From positions 1 to 42,883 of the forward strand of contig JBGPIA010000027.1 in the NCBI GenBank assembly GCA_041484665.1: a stretch of 42,883 bases of DNA, given 5' to 3'. Under the pieces are notes generated by a model that was not told the origin of the DNA, made no database searches, and was given only the letters and a program-made list of their open reading frames with translations. The position numbers and the translations under genes were made by a program. Shown here in pieces: positions 18,092 to 27,846 of the stretch. How positions within the stretch are numbered: the stretch's first letter is position 1; each line of letters begins with the position of its first letter. This DNA comes from Candidatus Krumholzibacteriia bacterium. GTDB lineage: Bacteria > Krumholzibacteriota > Krumholzibacteriia > JAJRXK01.

Positions 18092-19990
18092 ATGTGCGGC
18101 ATCGGAGGAATCCTCGACGAGACAGGAGGCGCCACCAGCCCGCATACGCTGGCGGCCATGGCTGCGTCGCTGGCCCACCGCGGCCCCGACGGGCAGGGGG
18201 TTTGGCGGTCCCCGGAGGGCCGCTTGGGGCTGGTGAGTACACGCCTGGCGGTGATCGATCCGCAGGGCGGCCGGCAGCCGCTGCACTCGCCCGATGGCCG
18301 GTACGCGCTGGTGTTCAACGGCGAGATCTACAATCACCGCGAGCTGCGCGCTGAGCTCGCGGGGCTGGGCCACCACTTCCAAACCAGCTCCGACACGGAG
18401 GTGCTGCTCCACGCCTGCATGCAGTGGGGTGACGAGGCCCTGCCGCGACTGCGCGGGATGTTTGCGTTCGCGCTGTACGATGCCACGACCCGTGAGCTGC
18501 TGCTGGCGCGCGATCGCGTCGGGATCAAGCCGCTCTACTACGCGCCGACGGCTGGCGGGTTGGTGTTCGGCTCGGAGCTCAAGGCACTGCTGTGCACGGG
18601 CATCCGCCGGCGCCTGAATCCAGCGGCGCTGCTGGATTTCCTCGTGCTGGGCTACGCCGTGGCGCCGGCGACGTTCTTTGCCGACGCTCTGGAGCTCCCA
18701 CCCGCCTGCCTGCTGCGAGCCAGCGACGGTGGCATCAAGGTACGGCGCTGGTGGTCGTGGCGGCGCCAGCCGCAGTCGTGGAGTCTGGCGCGCTCGCTCG
18801 AGGAGACGGAGGCCGCGCTGTCGCGCAGCCTGCAGGAGCATCTCGTCTCGGACGTTCCGGTGGGGGCCTTCCTCAGCGGCGGCATCGACTCGTCGCTGCT
18901 CGTCGCGCTGCTGGTGCGCAATCTCGGGGTCGAGCTGCAGACGTTCAACGTGGCGTTCCGCGAGCCGGCCTACGACGAGTCGCCGTACGCGCGTCAGGTC
19001 GCCCACGCGCTCGGCCTGCGCCACCACGAAATCGTCGTCGACCTGGGCAAGCCCGACCTCGAGCTGGCCGAGACCGTGCTGCGGCAGTTCGACCAGCCAT
19101 TCGGCGACTCCTCGGCCATCCCGACCTACCTGGTCTGTCGCGAGATCCGCCGAAGCGTCAAGGTGGCCCTGGGCGGCGACGGAGGCGACGAGATGTTCGG
19201 TGGGTACCGAAGGTTCTGGTACGCGGACGTGGCTCACGCGCTGGGACGACTGCCGCGTTGGTCGCTCTCCACGGCACGGCACGCCGCCGAGGCGCTGCAC
19301 GACTCGGCGCCGGGATTGCTGCGTCAGAGCCAGCGCCTGCTGCGCGCGGCGGCCGCCGGCGGCGGCGAGCGCCTGATGGTGCTGTCGTCGTACAATGCGC
19401 CCGCCGAGCTAGCCACGATCGTGGCGCCGCCGGTGCTGCGCGCGGCCGGGGAGCACCGCCCGGCCTTCGGGCGCAACGGTGACACGCCGCAACGCGGCGA
19501 CGGCCGCGACTTCATCGATGCCACGGTGCGCTACGTGCTGCCCGGTGACTACCTGCGCAAGATCGACCTGATGAGCAATGCGCATGGGCTGGAGGTGCGC
19601 GTACCGTACCTGGGCGAGCACGTGCTGGAGTGCGCCGCGCGCCTGCCACGCAAGCACCTGTACTCCGCTCGGGAGAATAAGCGCCTGCTGCGCCGTCTGG
19701 CAGCGCGCTGCCTGCCTCTGGCGGTCGCGCAGCGCCCCAAGGTTGGCTTCGGAATCCCGTTGGACACCTGGCTGGGCAGGGAGGGGCGTCGCGCCGTCGC
19801 GGCCATGCTGCTCGCGCCGGACGCGCGTATCCGCGCGCTGCTGCTGCCGGCGGCCATGGACCCGCTGGTGCGCTCCTTCGCCGAGCAACGCTGGGACAAG
19901 GCACGGGACAGCCGATTCAACGTGTACCAGCGCGTTTACTTCCTGTGGAGCCTCGAGCTGTGGCTGCAGCAATGGAAGCCAGAGCTCTAG
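18092..19990 (+). CDS. asnB: Asparagine synthase (glutamine-hydrolysing) family amidotransferase, probably glycan-amidating (WbpS-like)
   Basis: N-terminal MCGIGG (Cys nucleophile), HRGPD, FNGEIYN, SDTEV, RDRVGIKPLYY, LSGGIDSS, GDGGDEMFGGY, EVRVPYL. Confidence 0.93.
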   Translation: MCGIGGILDETGGATSPHTLAAMAASLAHRGPDGQGVWRSPEGRLGLVSTRLAVIDPQGGRQPLHSPDGRYALVFNGEIYNHRELRAELAGLGHHFQTSSDTEVLLHACMQWGDEALPRLRGMFAFALYDATTRELLLARDRVGIKPLYYAPTAGGLVFGSELKALLCTGIRRRLNPAALLDFLVLGYAVAPATFFADALELPPACLLRASDGGIKVRRWWSWRRQPQSWSLARSLEETEAALSRSLQEHLVSDVPVGAFLSGGIDSSLLVALLVRNLGVELQTFNVAFREPAYDESPYARQVAHALGLRHHEIVVDLGKPDLELAETVLRQFDQPFGDSSAIPTYLVCREIRRSVKVALGGDGGDEMFGGYRRFWYADVAHALGRLPRWSLSTARHAAEALHDSAPGLLRQSQRLLRAAAAGGGERLMVLSSYNAPAELATIVAPPVLRAAGEHRPAFGRNGDTPQRGDGRDFIDATVRYVLPGDYLRKIDLMSNAHGLEVRVPYLGEHVLECAARLPRKHLYSARENKRLLRRLAARCLPLAVAQRPKVGFGIPLDTWLGREGRRAVAAMLLAPDARIRALLLPAAMDPLVRSFAEQRWDKARDSRFNVYQRVYFLWSLELWLQQWKPEL

Positions 19991-21033
19991 GCGCCAGCCG
20001 CGGTGCCGGCCACGCCCCCAGCGCCCGCCACGTCCAAGGCGCCGATCGAACCTGGCGCCGGGCGCTTCCCCTGCGCGTGCTGGCGGTGATCCCGGGAGGG
20101 CCCGCGGGCGCCTCCATGATCTTCGCGCGACGCCAGATGGAGGCCGTGGCGCGCCTGGGCGTGGAGGTGCGCACGGTGTACCTGGGCAAAGCCTGGTCGC
20201 CCGCTGTGCTGCCGGGCCTGCTCCGCCTGTTGCGCCGCGAGATTGCCTCGTTCGACCCCGACGTCGTCCACGCCCACTTCGGCACGGCGACGGGGCTGTT
20301 GTGCGCCGCTGCGACGCGGCGCCCGCTGGTGGTGACCTACCGCGGCAGCGATCTCAATGCCTGCCCCGCCATCCCGCCCTGGCGCTCGCGTGTGGGCCGC
20401 CTGTGCTCGCAGCTGGCCGCGCTTCGCGCCCGACGCATCGTCTGTGTCAGCGAGCAGCTGCGCCGCCGCCTCTGGTGGCGCCGCGGCCGCGCGACCGTGC
20501 TGCCCAGCGGCGTGGACGTGGATCTGTTCCGCCCGCTGCCGCAAGCGCAGGCGCGCGCGCGGATGGGTTGGACCCACGATCGGCCGGCCGTGCTGTTCAA
20601 CGCCGGGCGGGAGCCGGCCGTCAAGCGCCTCGACGTCGCCCAGGCCGCCGTCGAGGCGGCGCGCGTCTTGGTGCCGGATCTGGAGCTGGTCGTGATGTGG
20701 GGGGACGTGGACCCGCAGCGGGTGCCGCTCCTGATGAACGGGTGCGACTGCCTCCTGCTCACCAGCGACCACGAGGGCTCGCCCAACGTGGTCAAGGAAG
20801 CGATGGCCTGCGGACTGCCCGTGGTGAGCGTCGATGTGGGCGACGTGCGCGCGCGCCTCGCGGGCGTGCAGCCCACGCGCATCGTGCCCCAGGAAGCGGC
20901 GGCGCTCGGCGCCGCCATCGCCGAGCTGGCGCCGCACCGGGTCCGCTCCAACGGACCGCAAGCGGCGCGCGAGCTGTCGCAAGCAACGCTGGCGCGGACG
21001 CTGCTGGAAGTCTACGCCGCCGCCTTGGAGTAG
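19972..21033 (+). CDS. GT4 family glycosyltransferase
   Basis: PDVVHAH, GVDVDLF, EGSPNVVKEAMACGLPVVSVDVG (EX7E motif). Start uncertain. Confidence 0.88.
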   Translation: MEARALGASRGAGHAPSARHVQGADRTWRRALPLRVLAVIPGGPAGASMIFARRQMEAVARLGVEVRTVYLGKAWSPAVLPGLLRLLRREIASFDPDVVHAHFGTATGLLCAAATRRPLVVTYRGSDLNACPAIPPWRSRVGRLCSQLAALRARRIVCVSEQLRRRLWWRRGRATVLPSGVDVDLFRPLPQAQARARMGWTHDRPAVLFNAGREPAVKRLDVAQAAVEAARVLVPDLELVVMWGDVDPQRVPLLMNGCDCLLLTSDHEGSPNVVKEAMACGLPVVSVDVGDVRARLAGVQPTRIVPQEAAALGAAIAELAPHRVRSNGPQAARELSQATLARTLLEVYAAALE

Positions 21034-21037
21034 GGGC

Positions 21038-22453
21038 GTGCAGTTCTACGTGCTGCTGACCTCCGCCACGCTCGCGATCCTCGCGCTGGCCTGGCTCATC
21101 TGGCGCCGCACCCGCAACGCGGCGTTCCCGGTGGGGATCGCCGTGCTCTATTTCTGGACGCTGCACGGCGCCTGGACCGTCATCGGCGACTCCCTGGCGG
21201 GCCGCACGGGGGGCAAGTACGAGTACCTCTATGGCAAGCTGTTCCAGGTCGACCTCGACGGCGATTACCTGAAGGCGCTGGCGCTGTACGCGATGTTCCT
21301 GCTGGCGGTCGAGACCACGGTCTGGATCCGTTGCCGGCGCGCCCCCATCGCCGACCCGGATGCGGATCCGCTGCTCCCGTTCTCGCATACGCGGCTCCTG
21401 GTGCTGGCAGCCGGCAGCGCGCTGCTGGCGACCTGGATCGTGCGGCGCGAGCTCGTGGCGTCCATCGCCCTCAACGTTTCCGGATACTCGATCACCCGCC
21501 ACGAGGACGTGCCGCTCTATACGCTCCACCAGCTCCTGCTGCGCTGCGCCGTCGTGGCGCAGGCGCTGGGTGTGTCCAGCTGGGCGAGCGGGGAGCGGGG
21601 ACGGTGGTTCAGCGCGCGCCGGCCGCCGCTGCTGCTCCCTGCGTACGTTGCGCTCAGCGCCGGCGTCTTCGTCCTCGCGCTCATGCTGGGCGACAAGAAC
21701 GAGCTGTTCTTTGGGCTGATCCTGGGCGTGCTCACCTACCTGGCCAACGCGCGCACCCCGCACCCCATGCGGGTGGCCTGCGCCGGGCTGGTGCTGCTGG
21801 GTGGAGTGGCCCTGGTGGACTACGCGCGCGGTCACTCGCTGCCTGCCCTGCTGCGGCAGGGCAATCTGCAGTGGGACGAGCTGGCGCAGTCGCTGCAATC
21901 CACCGCCGCCAGCAACGAGGCCTTCGCCGCCCATTTCTCCATGTACGGCGTGCTGCACCTGGACGTGCCGCTCACCTGGGGCTCCAGCGTGGTGAGCCTG
22001 GCGGCTTCGGTGGTCCCGAGTTTCCTGTGGCACGATCGCCCGGGGCTGGTCTACGCGCACTACGCGCAGAGCGTGGGGGCCAGCGAGGGACAGGGCTATA
22101 CCATCCACCACGCGACGGGCTGGTATCTCAACTTCGGAGCGACCGGCGTGCTGCTGGGGGCGGTGCTGCTCGGGTGGGTGTGGGCGGCAGCGTACAACCG
22201 AAGCCTCCGACTGCGCAGCCTGCGTTCGCGCGCCGCGCTGGCCTGCTCGGTGCTGCTCTTGCCTGCGATCACTGCCGGGCTTCCGAATCTGATCCGCAAC
22301 GGCCCCGAGGGATACAAAGGGCTGCTGCTGGACAGCGTGCTGGTGCCGGGGCTGGTGGTGCTGGTCAGCGCGCGCTGGCGCGGCGGATCGTCCCCACCAG
22401 GTGGGTTCGCAGGAATGGCAGACGCTGCAATTGCAGACAGGCCGCAGGACTGA
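21038..22453 (+). CDS. Putative Wzy-type polysaccharide polymerase (multi-pass membrane protein)
   Basis: About 11 TM segments; LGDKNEL, large periplasmic loop with VPSFLWHDRP and YLNFG. GTG start after GGAGTAGGGG; last gene of the export operon. Confidence 0.62.
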   Translation: MQFYVLLTSATLAILALAWLIWRRTRNAAFPVGIAVLYFWTLHGAWTVIGDSLAGRTGGKYEYLYGKLFQVDLDGDYLKALALYAMFLLAVETTVWIRCRRAPIADPDADPLLPFSHTRLLVLAAGSALLATWIVRRELVASIALNVSGYSITRHEDVPLYTLHQLLLRCAVVAQALGVSSWASGERGRWFSARRPPLLLPAYVALSAGVFVLALMLGDKNELFFGLILGVLTYLANARTPHPMRVACAGLVLLGGVALVDYARGHSLPALLRQGNLQWDELAQSLQSTAASNEAFAAHFSMYGVLHLDVPLTWGSSVVSLAASVVPSFLWHDRPGLVYAHYAQSVGASEGQGYTIHHATGWYLNFGATGVLLGAVLLGWVWAAAYNRSLRLRSLRSRAALACSVLLLPAITAGLPNLIRNGPEGYKGLLLDSVLVPGLVVLVSARWRGGSSPPGGFAGMADAAIADRPQD

Positions 22454-23162
22454 GGCCCGCCAGGCGCCGCGCCAGCGGCGGCGCGAGCGTGGCGCGGCGC
22501 AGCTGGACCACGCAACCTTGGAACAGCGCGGCCACCTCGCGAGCCGGCACCGGCCGCACGTCGCGGTTGCGCGGGTTGGGGACGGCCGTGTCGTACCACA
22601 GGATCACGCCGCCTTCGGCCAGCACCCGCAGCATCTCGGCAGCGACGGCGCGGCGCACCGCCGGATCGAGGATGCTGCTGAACACCGTCGATTGCAGCAC
22701 CAGATCGAACTCCCCGCAGGCGAAGGGGAGTCTGGAAGCGTCGGCCTGCTGCAGCGTCACCGGCGCCGGGCAGAGGGCGCGGGCGGCCGCGATCCGCTCG
22801 GCGAGCAGGTCCACTCCGGCCAGACGCTGCGCTCCCACGCCCCAGTCGAGCATGCGGCGCAGCCAGTGGCCTGTTCCACACCCGATCTCCAGGACACGCG
22901 CCGCCTGCAGCGCGCCCACGCCGGCGCGTGCCAGGGCGGCCAGCATCTGGCGCTCCTGGTCCTGGATCATGAACCGGTGGGCGGGGCGCTGCAGCGAGTA
23001 GGTCTCGCCGTCGCAGCGGCGGGCGTAGGCTGCATGGATGCGCAGCGCCTCGTGCTGCGCCGCGTCGGCGCCGGGGCTTGGGTGCACCGCGTCGGTTCCT
23101 CCAAGCGCCGACGGCCCGCTCTCACGCTCACCCTCCAACTGCGGTGTCGCTCCCGCGGTCAT
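22365..23162 (-). CDS. Class I SAM-dependent methyltransferase
   Basis: VLEIGCGTG, GVDL, DASRLPF, FDLV, EMLRVL..GG. ATGA overlap with the upstream GT2. Confidence 0.85.
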   Translation of the reverse strand: MTAGATPQLEGERESGPSALGGTDAVHPSPGADAAQHEALRIHAAYARRCDGETYSLQRPAHRFMIQDQERQMLAALARAGVGALQAARVLEIGCGTGHWLRRMLDWGVGAQRLAGVDLLAERIAAARALCPAPVTLQQADASRLPFACGEFDLVLQSTVFSSILDPAVRRAVAAEMLRVLAEGGVILWYDTAVPNPRNRDVRPVPAREVAALFQGCVVQLRRATLAPPLARRLAGLSPAACLQLQRLPFLRTHLVGTIRRASAR

Positions 23163-24334
23163 GGTCGTCCAGGGCCGACGATGGCGGACGCGCTGGGCGC
23201 CGTGGCGCGGCGTGGCCGCACGCACAGCAGCCCTTTCCAGAAGCCGGCACCGTAGCTCAGGTGGAGCAGGGCGAAGGCGACCGGCATCAGCGGCAGGTGC
23301 GCCCAGCCGCCCCGTCGCGCGGCCAGCGCGGAGGCGGTCCCGCTGGCTGCGGCGTACGCCGCGAGCACCAGCCAGAACAGTGGGCGTGCCGCCGGCAGCC
23401 CCACGCTGCCCAGCCCCAGCGCGGCCACGGCGGCCACGAACGTGGCGGGCACGAAGTGCCGCGGGCGCATCTGGCGCGGATGCTTCTGCATCAAGCGCAC
23501 CTTCCAGAACCCATACTGGAAGTATTGCCTGGCCAGCGAGCGGAAGGTCGCGCGGTTGGCGTAGCGGCTCTCGATGGCCGGATTGCAGATGATGCGGCCC
23601 CCGGCATCGAGCAGCCGGTAGCTCAGCTCGTCGTCCTGGTTACGCACCATCTCGGGATCGAAGCCGCCGATGCGCTCATACGTCGAGCGCCAGCAAAGGC
23701 CCTGGTAGACCGTATCGACCTGCTGCTCGCGCTGCGCGTAGTGGAAGCGCGCCCCGCCTACGCCGAAGGGCGAGCTGGTGGCCAGCGCTGTGGCGCTGCC
23801 CACGCGTCCGCTGCTCGCGGCGTGCATCGGGCCGCCCACCAGCTCGGCGCCGGTGCGCCGCAACGTCTCGACGGCAGCCGACACATAGCCCGGTCCCAGG
23901 ACACAGTGGGCACTCACGATGCCGATGACCGCGCCGCTGGAGCCCGCGATCCCCAGATTCCAACCCAGCGATTGGATCACGCCGGGGTTGTCCAGCAGCC
24001 GGCAGTGGGGGCGTCCCTCGAACAGCCGTGCGACGATCTCGCGCGAGCGGTCCGTCGAGCGGCCGTCCATCACCAGCACCTCGAGCCGATCTGCCGGGTA
24101 GTCCTGGCGCAGGATCGACTCCAGGCAGCGGGCAATGTGCTGCTCCTCGTTGCGCATGCTGATCAAGAGCGAGACCAGCGGCCGCTCCGGACGGTCCTGC
24201 GCCGGAGCATGCCCCCTGTGTAGAGCCGGGGCGCGCTCCGGCAGCACAGCGGGGGCGCGCGGCGTCTGCGTGGTGGCGGCGCTCCGCGCCGTCCGCGCGG
24301 GGCGCTTGGGCGGCGCGGCCGGCGCGCTGCTCAT
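23159..24334 (-). CDS. GT2 glycosyltransferase (ExoA-like)
   Basis: RNEEQHI, MDGRSTD, GGFDPEMVRNQDDEL, QYFQYGFWK, C-terminal TMs. ATGA overlap with the upstream aminotransferase. Confidence 0.87.
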   Translation of the reverse strand: MSSAPAAPPKRPARTARSAATTQTPRAPAVLPERAPALHRGHAPAQDRPERPLVSLLISMRNEEQHIARCLESILRQDYPADRLEVLVMDGRSTDRSREIVARLFEGRPHCRLLDNPGVIQSLGWNLGIAGSSGAVIGIVSAHCVLGPGYVSAAVETLRRTGAELVGGPMHAASSGRVGSATALATSSPFGVGGARFHYAQREQQVDTVYQGLCWRSTYERIGGFDPEMVRNQDDELSYRLLDAGGRIICNPAIESRYANRATFRSLARQYFQYGFWKVRLMQKHPRQMRPRHFVPATFVAAVAALGLGSVGLPAARPLFWLVLAAYAAASGTASALAARRGGWAHLPLMPVAFALLHLSYGAGFWKGLLCVRPRRATAPSASAIVGPGRP

Positions 24335-25464
24335 GCCAGCAGCGCCTGCGGCGCAGCGAGCTGCTCCATGGCCAAGCGCACGGTGCCGGCGACGAGGTCC
24401 ACCTGCTCCTTGGCCAGCTCGGCGTACATGGGCAACGAGAGGATCTCCTGGGCCTGGCGCTCCGCCTGGGGGAAGCGGCCGGGCCGCAGCTCCAGCCGTG
24501 CGTACGCGGGCTGCAAGTGCAGCGGGATGGGGTAGTGGATCCCGGTGGCGATGCCGGCCTGGGCCAGTCGCTTCTGCAGCGCGTCGCGCCGTGACGTGCG
24601 GATCACGTAGAGGTGGTAGACGGCGCGCACGTCCTTCTCCGGCGCCGGTACGGCGATGCCGGGGACGCTCGCGAGCAGCGAATGGTACTGGCGCGCCACC
24701 ATGCGGCGGCGGTTGGTCCAATCCTCCAGGTGGCGCAGCTTGACCGCCAGCACCGCCGCTTGCAGGCCGTCCAGGCGCGAATTGACGCCCTCGCAGGCGT
24801 GCTCGTACTTCTCGGTGCGGCCGTGGTTGCGCAGCATGGAGACGCGTTTCGCGATGTCGGGGTCGCTGGTCACGACCGCGCCGCCGTCGCCGTAGGCGCC
24901 GAGGTTCTTGCCGGGGTAGAAGCTGAAGCAGACCGCGTCACCCAGCGTGCCGATCCTGCGCCCCTTCCAGAGGGCTCCATGGGCCTGGGCCGCGTCGCCG
25001 ATCACGCGCAGCTTGCGCTCCTGCGCCAGGGCCAGCAGGGCATCCATGTCGGCGGGCCGGCCGTACAGATGCACCGGAATGATGGCGCGGGTGCGGCGGG
25101 TGATGGCTGCGTCCACCCGCTGCGGATCGAGCGTACAGGTCTGCGGATCGACGTCGGCGAACACGACCTGGGCGCCGACGTTGGTGATTGCCTCGGCGGT
25201 GGCGATGAAGGTGTTGGGCGCGGTGATCACCTCGTCGCCCGCGCCGATGCCGCAGGCCCGCAGCGCCAGTTCCAGCGCATCGGTGCCGTTGCCCACCCCC
25301 AGCGCATACTCGACCCCGCAATACGCCGCGAACGCGGCCTCGAACGCCTCCAGGTGGGCGCCGCCCACGAACTGCGTGTCGGTCAGCACCGCAGCGACAG
25401 CGGCGTCGATCTCGTCCTTGATGGAGGCGTACTGTGCCTTCAGGTCAACGAACGGTACGCTCAT
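24331..25464 (-). CDS. DegT/DnrJ/EryC1/StrS PLP aminotransferase (WbpE/FdtB-like)
   Basis: VPFVDL, GNGTDAL, PVHLYG, DAAQAHGA, SFYPGKNLGAYGDGG, NSRLD, IHYPIPLH. Confidence 0.92.
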   Translation of the reverse strand: MSVPFVDLKAQYASIKDEIDAAVAAVLTDTQFVGGAHLEAFEAAFAAYCGVEYALGVGNGTDALELALRACGIGAGDEVITAPNTFIATAEAITNVGAQVVFADVDPQTCTLDPQRVDAAITRRTRAIIPVHLYGRPADMDALLALAQERKLRVIGDAAQAHGALWKGRRIGTLGDAVCFSFYPGKNLGAYGDGGAVVTSDPDIAKRVSMLRNHGRTEKYEHACEGVNSRLDGLQAAVLAVKLRHLEDWTNRRRMVARQYHSLLASVPGIAVPAPEKDVRAVYHLYVIRTSRRDALQKRLAQAGIATGIHYPIPLHLQPAYARLELRPGRFPQAERQAQEILSLPMYAELAKEQVDLVAGTVRLAMEQLAAPQALLA

Positions 25465-26107
25465 GATCCCCTCCCCGATGCATCGCCAGCTCTGCGTAGG
25501 GGAGCTCGCTGATGCGCTTGATCACCCGGGCCGGATTGCCGGCGACGACCGTGTTGTGCGGCACATCGCGCGTGACCACGCTGCCGGCCCCAACCAGGGA
25601 GTTCTCCCCGATCACCACGCCGGGCAACAAGGTGCTGTTGGCCCCGACCTTGGCGAACTTCCGCACCACCGCTCCGCGCAACGACTCCTTCACGCCGGGG
25701 GAGCGGGGATACTTGGCGTTGGTGATGACCACATTGGGCCCGATCCAGCAGTCGTCCTCCAGCACGGAGAACTCCGGCACGAATGCCTGCGAGTGGATGC
25801 GCACCCGGCAGCCAATCACGACGTGATGCTCCACGATCGACCCGCTGCCCACGCTGACGTCGTCACCGATTTCGTTCTCCTCGCGGATCAGGGCGCCGTG
25901 TCCGGTCTGGAAGCGCTCTCCGATGCGGTTGCCGGCATAGATCACCGTATGGCTGCGCAGGATCGCACTCCTGCCGAGCCGCGTGATCAGCTCACCCTCG
26001 CGCCGGCCGCGCGGCGTGACACCCACCAGCACGAACGGCCCGATCTCGCAGCCCTCGCCCAGCTCGACGCCGGCGTAGATCCGGAACTCATCGCGTGGCG
26101 ACGTCAT
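25445..26107 (-). CDS. Hexapeptide-repeat (LbH) N-acyltransferase (WbpD-like)
   Basis: Repeated [LIV]Gxxxx hexapeptides; IGPNVVITN, VGANSTLLPGVVIG, VGAGSVVTRDV, GNPAR. Confidence 0.88.
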   Translation of the reverse strand: MTSPRDEFRIYAGVELGEGCEIGPFVLVGVTPRGRREGELITRLGRSAILRSHTVIYAGNRIGERFQTGHGALIREENEIGDDVSVGSGSIVEHHVVIGCRVRIHSQAFVPEFSVLEDDCWIGPNVVITNAKYPRSPGVKESLRGAVVRKFAKVGANSTLLPGVVIGENSLVGAGSVVTRDVPHNTVVAGNPARVIKRISELPYAELAMHRGGDHERTVR

Positions 26108-27164
26108 GTCCTTGCACCCCCAGCCGGCACTGCTTGGGCCGGAATCTCAGGGCCACCTCGCGCCCGGTCTCGGCGGACTCGTACAGCGCGTTGATCAGCT
26201 CGAGCGACTTGCGCCCCTCCAGGCCGTCCACCAGCCCGCGCGTGCTGCCCTGGATCGACTCGACGACGCCCTTGAGGTACTGCGTGTGGTTCCACGCGAA
26301 CTCCTTGGGATTCTCGCCCTGGGTCGCCATCACCTGCTCGTCGCCGGCAAGGGGCTCTGCGAACTCCCAGGTGACCAGCTTGTCCATGGCGAAGCCACCC
26401 ACCACAGCGCTGCCGCGCTCGCCCAGGATCGAGACACTGCCCTCCAGATCTTTGGGGCGCGTCGCGGTCGTTGCCTCGATCACGCCCAGCGCACCGCTGC
26501 GAAAGCGCAGGATGGCGACGCCGGTGTCCTCGGCCTCGATGGACGCCAGACGCGTGGCGGTCATGGCCGTCACGCTCTCAACCTCGCCCATCAGCCACTC
26601 CAGCATGTCGATGTGGTGGCTGGCCTGATTGGTGAGCACGCCGCCGTCCGCAGCCCAGGTGCCGCGCCAGGGGGCGGCCTTGTAGTAGCCGTCGGTGCGG
26701 CACCAGCGCACGCGGACGGTGCCCATCACCAGCTTGCCGAACCGCCCGGCCAGCAGCGCCGTGCGCAGGGCCTGGATGGGGCGGTTGTAGCGGTTCTGCT
26801 TCACGACGAAGAGCTTGATCCCCGCCTCGTCGCAGGCGCGGATCACCGCGTCGGCATCCTCCAGCCGCAGCGTCATCGGCTTCTCCACCACCAGGTGCTT
26901 GCCGTAGCGCACGAGGTCGAGGATGCGTGCCGCGTGATCGCCCGAGGGGGTGAGGATCGAGACCACATCCACGGGGTGCGCTTCCAGCAGCTCGTGGTTG
27001 CTGGTGTACGCGGGCACGCGGTATTCCTCGCCGAGCAGCTGGGCCCGTTCGGACGCGACATCGCAGACCGCGACGAGCTCTGCGCCAGGGATGCGCCGCA
27101 GCGATTCGGCGTGCTTGCGCGCGATGTTGCTGCAGCCGACCAGCGCGAAACGGAGTTTCTGCAT
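26088..27164 (-). CDS. Gfo/Idh/MocA oxidoreductase (WbpB-like UDP-GlcNAcA 3-dehydrogenase)
   Basis: ALVGCSNIA, TPSGDH, VEKPM, VVKQNRYN, WRGTWAADGGVLTNQASHHID. GGAGG RBS. Confidence 0.9.
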   Translation of the reverse strand: MQKLRFALVGCSNIARKHAESLRRIPGAELVAVCDVASERAQLLGEEYRVPAYTSNHELLEAHPVDVVSILTPSGDHAARILDLVRYGKHLVVEKPMTLRLEDADAVIRACDEAGIKLFVVKQNRYNRPIQALRTALLAGRFGKLVMGTVRVRWCRTDGYYKAAPWRGTWAADGGVLTNQASHHIDMLEWLMGEVESVTAMTATRLASIEAEDTGVAILRFRSGALGVIEATTATRPKDLEGSVSILGERGSAVVGGFAMDKLVTWEFAEPLAGDEQVMATQGENPKEFAWNHTQYLKGVVESIQGSTRGLVDGLEGRKSLELINALYESAETGREVALRFRPKQCRLGVQGHDVATR

Positions 27165-27195
27165 CGTGATCGTTCCTCCCGCGACGGGGCGCCCG

Positions 27196-27792
27196 TCACC
27201 TGCGCAGGACCGCTTTCTGGATCGTCTCGAAGATGACGCCCACGTCGGACCAACCGGTGCGGTGGTCCAGGTAGGAGGCGTTGATGGCCAGCTTGCGCGG
27301 CAGGATCTCCTCGACGTAGACCCGCTCGGGGTCCGGCGCGGCGGCCAACAACCGCCCCTCGTCACGGAAGGCGATGCTGGCCGGATCGGTCATCCCGGGC
27401 GGCACCAGCAGCACGGCGCGCTGGATCTCGTCGTAGAGGCGCACGTATTCGGGCACCTCGGGCCGGGGGCCCACCAGGCGCATCTCGCCACGCAGGACGT
27501 TGATCAGCTGGGGCAGCTCGTCGAGCTTGAAGCGCCGCAGGAGCGCCCCCAGAGGCGTCACGCGCGGATCGCGCTCGCCGTGGGTAAGCTTGCCGCCGCT
27601 GCGCTCGGCGTCGGGCCGCATGGTGCGGAACTTGAAGATCTGGAACGGCCTGCCCCCCAGCCCGATCCGCTCCTGCTGGAACAGGATCGGGCCCACTCCC
27701 GAGAGCCGCACCGTCGCCGCCAGCAGGATCAAGAGCGGCGACAGGACGATCAACCCCAGGGCGGCCAGGACATAGTCCATCCACCGCGGCAT
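27196..27792 (-). CDS. Initiating phosphoglycosyl transferase (Bac_transf, WbgY/WcfS-like)
   Basis: Single TM, FQQERIG, FKFRTM, DPRVT, KLDELPQLINVL, VGPRPE, PGMTD. Confidence 0.9.
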   Translation of the reverse strand: MPRWMDYVLAALGLIVLSPLLILLAATVRLSGVGPILFQQERIGLGGRPFQIFKFRTMRPDAERSGGKLTHGERDPRVTPLGALLRRFKLDELPQLINVLRGEMRLVGPRPEVPEYVRLYDEIQRAVLLVPPGMTDPASIAFRDEGRLLAAAPDPERVYVEEILPRKLAINASYLDHRTGWSDVGVIFETIQKAVLRR

Positions 27793-27846
27793 CGCAGGCG
27801 CTCCTCGCGCAGGTGACGGTGCGCGATGCACGCAGGTACCGTGCCT

